From the NCBI GenBank assembly GCA_038207335.1, contig JBBQZX010000027.1:19427-83426 (forward strand): 64,000 nucleotides of DNA. The letters run 5' to 3'. Below the pieces are notes generated by a model. It did no database searches and was not told where the DNA came from. It saw nothing but the letters and a program-made list of their open reading frames with translations. The position numbers and the translations under genes were made by a program. Source of the stretch: Chthoniobacterales bacterium. GTDB lineage: Bacteria; Verrucomicrobiota; Verrucomicrobiia; Chthoniobacterales; Chthoniobacteraceae. Positions 41,029 to 49,477 of this stretch are shown one piece after another (position 1 is the first letter of the stretch; each line of letters starts with the position of its first letter).

Positions 41029-41418
41029 CTATTTCGGCGCTTCGTCGGACTTCCACTTCTCCCGCCCGCGCTTCACGATTTCGTTGAATTTCGGAATCTG
41101 CGCCGGGTTCAAAATCCCGCGCACTTTCGCCTCGGCGTCATTCAATGTCTGCTCGACCTGCGGCTCGGTTTGTTGGCGCAGCGCACGCAATTTGATCCGC
41201 GTATCCAGCGCGATTTGCTGAAGCATTTCCTGCTGCGTGTGGTCGAGATCGAGTTCGTCCTTCAGCCGGTGCACAATGACGGCGACGACTTTCTCGGGCC
41301 CGCCGATGACTAGGTCGCGCACCTTTTGCTGGATGACTCCGGAGGTCACCGCGACGCCGACAACGACGCCGAAGAAAAAAATCAGGAAGACGCCGATGCA
41401 GCCTTTGAGCCGTTTCAT
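41029..41418 (-). CDS. Membrane-anchored helical-hairpin protein (Spy/CpxP-like), third gene of an ECF operon
   Basis: TM helix, then LKDELDLD..QQE...ILNPAQ pattern; ATGA overlap with the anti-sigma gene. Confidence 0.7.
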   Translation of the reverse strand: MKRLKGCIGVFLIFFFGVVVGVAVTSGVIQQKVRDLVIGGPEKVVAVIVHRLKDELDLDHTQQEMLQQIALDTRIKLRALRQQTEPQVEQTLNDAEAKVRGILNPAQIPKFNEIVKRGREKWKSDEAPK

Positions 41419-41723
41419 CGCTTGTCTCCCGTCATATAGGCCATGAGCGTGCGCCCGTCCGCGCCCTGCACCGCCTCGACGAGCGCGCGGCTCTCCACAT
41501 CGACGCGCGCGGTCGAGCGAGTCCACAGCCCGGCCGCGATGGCGAGCGCGGCGAAGAACGGCGCGAGCCGCCATGCCCACGCATTCACGCTGCCGCCGCG
41601 CTCCTCGCGCAGCCGCGCGAGGAGGCGCGTCTCGAAGCCGTATTCCGCGCGACTCGTGTCGATGGGCTGCTCGCGCGCGGCGCGGAAAAGTGCGTCGAGC
41701 TGTTCGTCGGGATTATTTTTCAT
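41415..41723 (-). CDS. Small membrane anti-sigma factor
   Basis: LDALFRAAR...YGFETRLLARLR followed by a TM helix; overlaps the ECF sigma stop. Confidence 0.75.
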   Translation of the reverse strand: MKNNPDEQLDALFRAAREQPIDTSRAEYGFETRLLARLREERGGSVNAWAWRLAPFFAALAIAAGLWTRSTARVDVESRALVEAVQGADGRTLMAYMTGDKR

Positions 41724-42273
41724 GGAAAGGTTCGAGGATCTTTTTCAGCGATTGGCGCGCGCGAAAGGCGCGGACTTTGACGTTGCTCTCGCTCCAGCCC
41801 GTGAGCTGCGCGACCTCGCGGATCGTCCGCTCCTCGATCTCGCAAAGTGTGAGGATGAGCCGTTCGTCCGCCGCGAGTTTCTGCATCGAATGCGCGAGAA
41901 GCTCGCGCGCATTTCCCGCTGAAATCGCCGCATCGACCGAGCCGTCGCACGTTTCGTAATCGACCGAATCGAGCGGCACCTGCTCGCGGACGCGTCGCTC
42001 TTTTCGCAAAAAATCGTAGCACGCCGAGACGATGATCCGCGACAGCCAGTGCTCGAAAGGCGCGTCGCCGCGGAATTTGCCCAGGTTGCGAAACACGCGC
42101 ACGAATACGTCCTGGCAGATGTCATCGAGCTGATGATCGTCCCGCGCGAATCGCGCCGCCGAGCCGAAGACGCGGCGTCGATGCCGCCTTACGAGTTCGG
42201 CAAAAGCGTCGTCATCGCCGCCGAGCGTCGCGGCGACGAGTTCGCCGTCAGCGGAGACGTCGAGGGGCGGCAT
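41713..42273 (-). CDS. ECF sigma factor (sigma-E like)
   Basis: DGELV..GDDDAFAELVRRH, DDICQDVF, FEHWLSRI, SNVKVRAFRAR; start uncertain (up to 42333). Confidence 0.9.
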   Translation of the reverse strand: MPPLDVSADGELVAATLGGDDDAFAELVRRHRRRVFGSAARFARDDHQLDDICQDVFVRVFRNLGKFRGDAPFEHWLSRIIVSACYDFLRKERRVREQVPLDSVDYETCDGSVDAAISAGNARELLAHSMQKLAADERLILTLCEIEERTIREVAQLTGWSESNVKVRAFRARQSLKKILEPFHEK

Positions 42274-42445
42274 CGGCGAGGTTTTACGCTCAGCGATCAG
42301 CACTGGCAATGCGGGCATCGAAAGCGCGGGCACGGCTCGAAATCAGGGAATTTCTTTCACATCCCGCAGACGCGCGTGAGGCGGCGCGCGTTACAAATCC
42401 GGCGGCACAATCGGCAAGGCTCCGGCACGCGATTTAGGTGCGTCC

Positions 42446-44245
42446 ATGAACGGCACCCCTGAATCCACCTCACCCCGGAAATTCTACACGCTGCTCACGA
42501 TCGTCGTCCTCGTCGGAAGTCTATACTTTGGCCGCGAAGTTTTTCTTCCGCTCGTCCTCGCGATCCTGATCAGTTTCCTCCTCGCGCCGCTGATCAATCG
42601 GCTCGAATGCTGGAAATTGAACCGGGCTTTTTCGGTCATCGTGACCACGTTTTTCACGATGGGGGTGATCGGGATCATCGGATACATCCTCGCCGGGCAG
42701 GTGCTCGATCTTGCGAACGAGCTGCCGAAATATCAGACGAACTTGCGGGCCAAAATCGAGTCTCTGAAGACTTCGGAGAACAGCCCAATCAGCAAAGCGA
42801 CCAAGACGCTTCGCGAACTCGCGGTGGAGGTTTCCAATCCGGCCGCAGCGCGCCCGGCTGCTCCCAAAGCTCCGGACGTTCCCGTGCAGACGGCCGTTCC
42901 AGTGAAAGTCGTGGAGTCCACCGCCAGTCCGCTGGAGTTGGCGGAGAGTTATATCGGGACACTTCTCGGCTACCTCGCCTCCGCGGCGATCGTGGCGTTG
43001 TTCGTCATCTTCATTCTCCTGGAACGCGAGGACTTACGCGATCGCATCATTCATCTCGTCGGCAAACACCGCCTCCATCTCACCACGCAGGCGCTCGACG
43101 ATGCGGCGCAGCGCGTGAGCCGATACCTCCGCGCGCAACTCATCGTCAACGCGACCTACGCGATCCTCATCGGGACGGGGCTTTATTTCATCGGCATCCC
43201 CAACGCCATTTTGTGGGGCATCCTCGCGGGACTTTTCCGGTTCATCCCGTACCTCGGGCCTTTTCTTGGAGCGGCTTGTCCGCTCTCGCTCTCGTTGGCT
43301 GTGGCTCCTTCGTGGACGGCACCGTCGCTCACGACCGGGCTTTTCGTCGGCGTGGAATTGGTCTGCGCCAATGTGGTCGAGCCGTGGCTCTACGGCGCGG
43401 AGACGGGACTTTCACCGATGGCAGTGATCGTCGCTGCCGTATTCTGGGGCTGGCTGTGGGGCATCCCGGGGCTGCTGCTCGCCACTCCGCTCACCGTCTG
43501 TCTCGCGGTGCTCGGGAAACATATCCCGGGTCTCGTCTATCTCGATATCCTCCTCGGCGACAAACCGCCGATCGCTCTCGGCGACCGGCTTTATCAGCGT
43601 TTGCTCGCGCTCGATGAGGAAGAGTCGCTCGAACTCGTTGAAAAGCACATCGCCGAGGTCTCGCTCGCCAGCGCGTACGACGACGTAATTCTCCCTGCCA
43701 TTCGACTCCTTGAGCAGGAGCGCCGCGACGGCTCGCTCAGCGCGGATTCGCGGCAGGAAATGTACACGCTCGTCCGGCGCCTCCTCACGGACATCGACGA
43801 AACGCCGCCGCCGCCCGACGACGTCGCAGTGCCGGTCCTCTGCCTCCCCGCGAGTAATGCGGCGGACGAAGTGGCGGCGATCATGCTCGCGCACCTTTTG
43901 GGAAAGCGCGGCGTCATGGCGCGCGTGCTTTCCAGCAAATCGCTCGTGAGCGAAATGATCGAAGTTTCCGCAAAGAGCGGCGCACCCATCCTCTGCATCT
44001 CCGCTGTGCCGCCCGGCTCTGTGATGCCCGCCACTCATTTGTGCAAGCGGCTTCGCGGGCGGTTGCCGGAGGCGCGGATCGTCGTCGGGCTGTGGCGCGA
44101 GGCCGATGTTGAGCGGCGTCAGCAGCGGCTCAAGCGAGTGAATGCAGACGACATTTTCGTGAAGCTCGACGCGGCCGCGAACGAGATCGCGATGGTCGCC
44201 GGGCTCGGTGGAAAGGCGTCCTCCGCGCCGGTCGTAAGCGCCTGA
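42446..44245 (+). CDS. AI-2E family transporter with a C-terminal cytoplasmic helical-cap/Rossmann-like extension
   Basis: Multiple TMs, LRDRII, FRFIPYLG, EPWLYG..GLSP, WGWLWGIPGLLLATPL. Confidence 0.88.
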   Translation: MNGTPESTSPRKFYTLLTIVVLVGSLYFGREVFLPLVLAILISFLLAPLINRLECWKLNRAFSVIVTTFFTMGVIGIIGYILAGQVLDLANELPKYQTNLRAKIESLKTSENSPISKATKTLRELAVEVSNPAAARPAAPKAPDVPVQTAVPVKVVESTASPLELAESYIGTLLGYLASAAIVALFVIFILLEREDLRDRIIHLVGKHRLHLTTQALDDAAQRVSRYLRAQLIVNATYAILIGTGLYFIGIPNAILWGILAGLFRFIPYLGPFLGAACPLSLSLAVAPSWTAPSLTTGLFVGVELVCANVVEPWLYGAETGLSPMAVIVAAVFWGWLWGIPGLLLATPLTVCLAVLGKHIPGLVYLDILLGDKPPIALGDRLYQRLLALDEEESLELVEKHIAEVSLASAYDDVILPAIRLLEQERRDGSLSADSRQEMYTLVRRLLTDIDETPPPPDDVAVPVLCLPASNAADEVAAIMLAHLLGKRGVMARVLSSKSLVSEMIEVSAKSGAPILCISAVPPGSVMPATHLCKRLRGRLPEARIVVGLWREADVERRQQRLKRVNADDIFVKLDAAANEIAMVAGLGGKASSAPVVSA

Positions 44246-44270
44246 GAGGCGTGATCGGTTTCGCGCAAAG

Positions 44271-44298
44271 TTGCCGCATCGGGAGCCGCGAGTAAGTT
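44271..44298 (+). promoter_or_regulatory. Putative sigma70 promoter of arc
   Basis: TTGCCG-16 nt-TAAGTT, 13 nt before the ATG. Confidence 0.4.
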
Positions 44299-44311
44299 CC
44301 CGCCACGCGCG

Positions 44312-45985
44312 ATGGACGATCAACCTTTCGACTTTTCCACACCGGACGATGCGCCCGGAATCGCAGATCGCCTCGACGCCCTCATCGCCGCATTTCCACC
44401 CGGCGAACCCCTGCGGATGGCGCTGCTGGAGCTGCGAATGGAATTCGCCGAGCACGAGGAAATGATGGGCGAGGCACGGCAGGCCATCGAGAAAATGGAG
44501 GCGATCATTAAAAAACTCAGCTCGCCCGCGAACCGCATCGGCACCTTCATCGGCGCGCCCGGTGGAGTCACCGCCCAGATCGTCGTTGGCGGGTCGGATT
44601 ACTTTTGCGACTGCGACCCGCGCGTCCGCATCGACTCCCTGCGGCGCGGGACCCGCGTCCTCGTGAATGAGGCTTACGTCATCGTCGGTGACCTCGGCTA
44701 CGACCCGTCCGGGCCCGTCACGAAAGTCACCGAAATCCTCGGCCCCGACCGGCTCCGCGTCGGCAACGAGCACGGCTCGCAATCGCTCGTCCTCCAGCGC
44801 AGCGACGCCATCGCGCGTGCGAAAGTGAAAGCCGGCGACGAGGTGCGCGTGGATGCGAACTTCAAAGTCGCCCTCGAAGTCCTGGCAGCCGCGAAGTCCG
44901 ATGAATACTACCTCGACAGCGTGCCCGAGCTGCCGTGGGAGAAAGTCGGCGGCCAGCAGGAAGCCTTGCGCGCCATTCGCGACGCGATCGAGTTGCCCCT
45001 CCTCCATCCCGATCTTTTCAAAAAGTTCGAGCATCAGACGCCGAAAGGCTTCCTGCTTTACGGCCCCCCGGGTTGCGGCAAAACCCTCATCGGCAAAGCC
45101 ACCGCCTACAACCTCACGCAGCAGCTCCAGCGCGAAACCGGGCAGGAGATGCGCGAGTATTTCATGCACATCAAAGGCCCCGAAATCCTCAACATGTGGG
45201 TCGGCGAGAGCGAAAGAATCGTGCGCGAAATCTTCTCCACCGCGCGCGAGAAGCGCCGCGAGGGCTACCTCCCGTTCCTCTTCATCGACGAAGCCGAGAG
45301 CATCCTCGGCACGCGCCGCTCCTCACGCCACTCCAGCATCCTCTCCACCCTTGTGCCCATGTTCTGCACCGAGATGGACGGCATCGAGTCCCTCAGCGAA
45401 GTCGTCATCATCCTCGCCTCGAACCGCGCCGACCTCATCGACCCCGCCATCCTGCGCCCCGGCCGCATCGACCGCAAAATCAAGATCGCACGACCGAACC
45501 GCGAGGGCGCGCACGAGATCTTCAAAATCTACCTCTCGCCGAATCTCCCCTACGACCCCGCGCTCATCGCGGAGGCCGGCAGCGTCCCCGCCGCCATCGA
45601 GTCACTCGTCGAGAAAATGATCGACCTCTGCTTCGCGCAGCGGGACGAAAACCGCTTCCTCGCCATCACCCTGCGCAGCGGTAAAAAGGAGACACTCTAC
45701 CGCGGCGACCTCATCAGCGGCGCCATCATCGCCAGCATCGTCGAGCGGGCGAAAGGCCTCGCGATCAAGCGCGCCATCGCCAGCGGCGCGGAGGAGGGGA
45801 TCAGCGAGAGCGACCTCCGCCTCTCACTCGCGGCGGAGTATTCCGAAAACGACATCTTCCCCCCGAGCGACATCACCGAGGACTGGCTCCAGCTCCTCGA
45901 CTACGCCGCGGAAAACGTCGTCAAAGTCGCCCCCATCCGCCCCACCCACGACAAGCGCGGCACGCCCGCGAGCAGCGTGATCTGA
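44312..45985 (+). CDS. arc: Proteasome-associated AAA ATPase ARC/Mpa
   Basis: N-terminal coiled coil ending KLSSPAN, OB-like region, GPPGCGKT, IKGPEILNMWVGESER, FIDE, IDPAILRPGRIDRK, ISGAII.SIVERAK, ENDIFPP..EDW. Confidence 0.9.
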   Translation: MDDQPFDFSTPDDAPGIADRLDALIAAFPPGEPLRMALLELRMEFAEHEEMMGEARQAIEKMEAIIKKLSSPANRIGTFIGAPGGVTAQIVVGGSDYFCDCDPRVRIDSLRRGTRVLVNEAYVIVGDLGYDPSGPVTKVTEILGPDRLRVGNEHGSQSLVLQRSDAIARAKVKAGDEVRVDANFKVALEVLAAAKSDEYYLDSVPELPWEKVGGQQEALRAIRDAIELPLLHPDLFKKFEHQTPKGFLLYGPPGCGKTLIGKATAYNLTQQLQRETGQEMREYFMHIKGPEILNMWVGESERIVREIFSTAREKRREGYLPFLFIDEAESILGTRRSSRHSSILSTLVPMFCTEMDGIESLSEVVIILASNRADLIDPAILRPGRIDRKIKIARPNREGAHEIFKIYLSPNLPYDPALIAEAGSVPAAIESLVEKMIDLCFAQRDENRFLAITLRSGKKETLYRGDLISGAIIASIVERAKGLAIKRAIASGAEEGISESDLRLSLAAEYSENDIFPPSDITEDWLQLLDYAAENVVKVAPIRPTHDKRGTPASSVI

Positions 45986-46006
45986 GGGGTCGCGTCTGCC
46001 GCGCGC

Positions 46007-46061
46007 ATTGTAGGGCGACCGCTCCGGTTGCCCGGGGCAGGCGGAGCGCCCGCCCTACAAT
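46007..46061. repeat. GTAG-family REP palindrome between convergent genes
   Basis: ATTGTAGGGCG.CCGCTCCG...CGGAGCG.CCGCCCTACAAT. Confidence 0.8.
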
Positions 46062-46085
46062 TCCCGGCAAGCCGACGCACTACCC

Positions 46086-47195
46086 CTACTTCCCGCGCCT
46101 GCGAATCCTCATCACCGCCCTCGGCACCCCGATCCCGATCACCGCCACCACGTAGAGCACCCCGATCACGATCCCCGTCGGCATCGTCTCTAGAAACGCC
46201 ACATCCCGCACGCGCGATGGCCCCTTCGCCTCCGGCGGATCGCCATCTACATACCCCACCTGCACCTCCTCGCCGATCTCGTGCGGCGGCACGTAAAAGT
46301 CGCCCTCCTCCAGCATCACCTCGCGCCGCTTTCCACGCGGATCCAGATACTCCACGCGGTATCCGTTCACCATCACCGTCCCGACTGGCGGCACGATCCA
46401 GCGCAACTGCGGGAACACATACTCGCGAAACGCCCTCTTTGGCACCGGCTCCATCGCCACCAGCTTTCCCGTCAAAATCTCCGCCTGCTGCCACCGTTGC
46501 CACGTCCTGAAGCCCTCACGCCCCAGCCACGCCATCGCCGCCAGAGCCAGCACCGTCACCAGCGCACGCCACGGCGCCAGCGGATCCCTCGCCCGCACCA
46601 CCACCATGCGCTCCCGCCGCTTCGTCCTGAGATAATCCGCCAGATCGGCCCTTCGCGTCAGCTCCCGCTGCTCCGCCGTCAGCGCCCCCGCGAACACCGT
46701 CGGGAAATCCCTCGCCTCCCGCCACACCACGCCGATCACCTCACCCGCGCACAGCACCAGCCCCATGCGCCTCTCGGCCAGCCACAGCGTCCCCTCATCC
46801 AGCAGCCTCTCATCCGACACCGTCTCCGCGGGCGACACCACCACCTCGGGAAAAGGCTCACCCGACGCATCGGCCGCCTGCCACATCGCGGGGCCGATCG
46901 GCTCCATCGCCTCCAGCGCCGCATCCAGCCGCGCCTCCATCAGCTGCGTCCCTTTCCACGTCACCGTCTCCCCAGACACCGAAACCTGCCGCACCCGATC
47001 CGAGCCATCCGTCGCGAAGAACATCTCCAGCTCCCATTCATCCGCCACCGCCATGAGATCGTTTCCCCGATACGCCTCCGCCTCCACCCCCTGCGCCTTC
47101 AACGCCGCTATCACCTCCGCGCGCGTCATCCCCGGCCGCACGCCAAACCAAGTCTGGGATTCCGCGAGATCGAGCATCGGGTCTTTGTCATTCAT
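46086..47195 (-). CDS. Hypothetical membrane protein with a C-terminal DUF3592-like OB-fold segment
   Basis: Two TM helices flank GYRVEYLDPRG...IGEEVQVGY..GDP; N-terminal FGVRPGMTRAEV motif. Confidence 0.7.
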   Translation of the reverse strand: MNDKDPMLDLAESQTWFGVRPGMTRAEVIAALKAQGVEAEAYRGNDLMAVADEWELEMFFATDGSDRVRQVSVSGETVTWKGTQLMEARLDAALEAMEPIGPAMWQAADASGEPFPEVVVSPAETVSDERLLDEGTLWLAERRMGLVLCAGEVIGVVWREARDFPTVFAGALTAEQRELTRRADLADYLRTKRRERMVVVRARDPLAPWRALVTVLALAAMAWLGREGFRTWQRWQQAEILTGKLVAMEPVPKRAFREYVFPQLRWIVPPVGTVMVNGYRVEYLDPRGKRREVMLEEGDFYVPPHEIGEEVQVGYVDGDPPEAKGPSRVRDVAFLETMPTGIVIGVLYVVAVIGIGVPRAVMRIRRRGK

Positions 47196-47254
47196 AGTGA
47201 AAGTGCGTGTCTAAATAGAGATCGACGCCGTCTTTGGAAAGTCTGTCCCGGAGC

Positions 47255-47338
47255 CCCCATCCAAAGCTGCAGCCGCCGCGCCGCGAAGCTGGAGCTTCGC
47301 AGACGGGCGCGTTTTCCAAGTCGGAGCTTGGGAACGAG
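47255..47338. repeat. Palindromic intergenic element (AAGCT..AGCTT / TTGGGAACGAG type)
   Basis: GCGAAGCTGGAGCTTCGC palindrome followed by TCCAAGTCGGAGCTTGGGAACGAG. Confidence 0.6.
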
Positions 47339-47425
47339 GGGAGCAACCCCGTTTCGCGGCGGGGGGCAGACCTTTAGCGGCTTAGCGGATTGACGGCGCA
47401 GGTCTCGCAGCTACACCTCCAAAAC

Positions 47426-48016
47426 ATGAAACGCCGACTATTCGGGATGCTCTTCGCGGGACTCTCTACTCTCACCTTTCTCCATGCCCAGGACGCGAAA
47501 CCGGCGGCGGGGAGTCTAAAGGATAGCCGCGAGTCATTTGCGAAGGTGCGGCTGCTCGATGGAAAACTCACCCTCACCGTGCCGCCCGCCTTTTCCCGCG
47601 ACGCGGCAAATCCCAAGGACCCGAAATCACTGGCCAAATTCTCGCGTGCCAGCGGCGCGTGGGGCGCAGTGCTCCGCGGCACCCACGGGCTCACGCCGGA
47701 ACAACTGCCCGATTATCTCAAGAAACGCGTGACGGAATATTCCAAGGGCTTCAATTGGCTGCCGAAAGACACGCCGCTGACTTGGCTGCGCAAGGACATC
47801 GTCACCATCGGGGGCAGCCCGTGGGCCGACTGGCGCTACGTGCCGATGAAGAAGGGCTCGAAGGATTACCGGGACAGTCCGGTCTATACGCGCTTCCTCA
47901 CGACTTCCTACAAGGGCCAACTTTTGGAGATCACCTTCACGACGAACCTCGATACCGCCCCGGAGCTCAAGCAGGAGATCGATCGCGTCATGGATTCCGT
48001 GCATCTTGAAGAATAG
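47426..48016 (+). CDS. Hypothetical exported protein (possibly PsbP/DcrB-like fold)
   Basis: Signal peptide MKRRLFGMLFAGLSTLTFLHA; LTVPPAF start and helix + SVHL end typical of that fold (weak). Confidence 0.7.
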   Translation: MKRRLFGMLFAGLSTLTFLHAQDAKPAAGSLKDSRESFAKVRLLDGKLTLTVPPAFSRDAANPKDPKSLAKFSRASGAWGAVLRGTHGLTPEQLPDYLKKRVTEYSKGFNWLPKDTPLTWLRKDIVTIGGSPWADWRYVPMKKGSKDYRDSPVYTRFLTTSYKGQLLEITFTTNLDTAPELKQEIDRVMDSVHLEE

Positions 48017-48093
48017 AAGCCGGCACCCGGGATTACATCGAACGCGCCTACAAGGAAGTAGGCGGATAAAAGGACTTCCGATTGAGCGCTGGC

Positions 48094-49401
48094 TCAGATC
48101 TGGGAGTGGAAGGGGATCATAAGCCACTCGACGGTGCGCTCCCAGAGGCTGCGCTGGCGGAATTGCTCGATGGTGTAGGGCTTGGCTTGGGCGCGGTCGG
48201 CTTCGAAGACTTTCTCCATTTGCTGCCCGAAGCCGGGGTCATAGACGGTGACGTCGAGTTCTTCGTTGATGGCGGAGGAGCGGGCGTCGAAATTCGAGCT
48301 GCCGAACATGGAGAAGAGGCCGTCCACGACCATGGTCTTGGAGTGGATCATGGCGGGCTCGTATTCGTAGATTTTCACGCCGCCTTCGAGGAGTTTGCCG
48401 TAGGACGCGCGGCCGGCGGATTTGGTGGCGGGCTGGTCGTTGTGCTTGCCGGGGAGGAGGAGTTCGACATCGACGCCGCGTTTGACGGCTTCGAGAAGGA
48501 GGGAGATTTGGTAGTCGGAGGGGGTGCAGTAGGCGTTGGTGATCCAGACGCGCTTGTCCGCGGAGGAGATGGAGACGCCCTGGATAAGGGGGACGGCGGC
48601 GACGGAGAAGGAGTGGGAGGCGGTGACTTGGGCCTGAAGTTTGCCGACGGGCGGGAGGGCGGGGAATTCGTCGGGGCCGCTGAGGACTTCTTTGCCGGTC
48701 TTGATCCAGTGCTGCTGGAAAGCGCCCTGGAGCTTGGCGACGAGGGGGCCTTCGATGCGGGCGTGAAGGTCGCGCCAGTGGTTTTCGCTGTCGCCATTCC
48801 CTTGCCAGACATCGGCGAAGCCGACGCCGCCGGTGAAGCCGACGGTGCCATCGACGACGAGGATGCGGCGGTGAGAGCGGCGATTGAGCCGCTGGAAGCT
48901 CCACGAATGGGTGGGATGGAAGTAGGCGAATTTGCAGCCGGCTTGTTTCATCAGGTCCACGTCGCTGTTGTTGAGCTTGGAGCCGGCGCCGATGCCATCG
49001 AGGAGGACGCAGACGTGGAGGCCGGCGCGGGCGCGTTCGCAGAGGGCGTCGCGGAATTGGTCGCCGACGGTGCCGGACTGGAAGATGTAGGCCTCGAAGT
49101 TGATGCTCTTTTTCGCGGAGCGGATGGCTTCGAGGAGGGCGGGAAAGATTTCGTCGCCGTTGTTGAGGAGGGTGATCTTGTTGCCGCCGATGGGGAGGGG
49201 ATCGCCGAGGGCGTGCGCGGAGCCGAAGAACGCGGGGTCGGAGACAGAGAAGTGTCGCTCGGGGTAATATTCGACGATGCCGCGGCGGATGAAGAAGAAG
49301 CCGATGATGGCGGCTCCGACGAGGGCGATGGCGAGGGCCATGAGCCAGACGAAGAAGGGGATTTTTAACCAGCGGTTGGTGAGGGTTTTCTTGACGGACA
49401 T
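48094..49401 (-). CDS. cls: Cardiolipin synthase / phospholipase D family protein
   Basis: LLNNGDEIFP, AKKSINFEAYI, HRRILVVDG and HSKTMVVDG motifs, GSSNFDARS. Confidence 0.9.
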   Translation of the reverse strand: MSVKKTLTNRWLKIPFFVWLMALAIALVGAAIIGFFFIRRGIVEYYPERHFSVSDPAFFGSAHALGDPLPIGGNKITLLNNGDEIFPALLEAIRSAKKSINFEAYIFQSGTVGDQFRDALCERARAGLHVCVLLDGIGAGSKLNNSDVDLMKQAGCKFAYFHPTHSWSFQRLNRRSHRRILVVDGTVGFTGGVGFADVWQGNGDSENHWRDLHARIEGPLVAKLQGAFQQHWIKTGKEVLSGPDEFPALPPVGKLQAQVTASHSFSVAAVPLIQGVSISSADKRVWITNAYCTPSDYQISLLLEAVKRGVDVELLLPGKHNDQPATKSAGRASYGKLLEGGVKIYEYEPAMIHSKTMVVDGLFSMFGSSNFDARSSAINEELDVTVYDPGFGQQMEKVFEADRAQAKPYTIEQFRQRSLWERTVEWLMIPFHSQI

Positions 49402-49464
49402 GGATTCTGGAACGGGGTTGGGCGGCGTGCTGGAAGTAGCATTCGACGCGCGCGGAGGGTGCGA

Positions 49465-49470
49465 TAACTT
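49465..49470 (+). promoter_or_regulatory. -10 box for a probable leaderless dop transcript
   Basis: TAACTT ends 7 nt before ATG 49478; no SD sequence. Confidence 0.4.
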
Positions 49471-49477
49471 TGGCGCG

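Noticed and set aside
42421..42440. Sigma54 promoter upstream of the AI-2E gene
   Set aside because: GGCACG is present but the -12 element reads TTAG rather than TTGC
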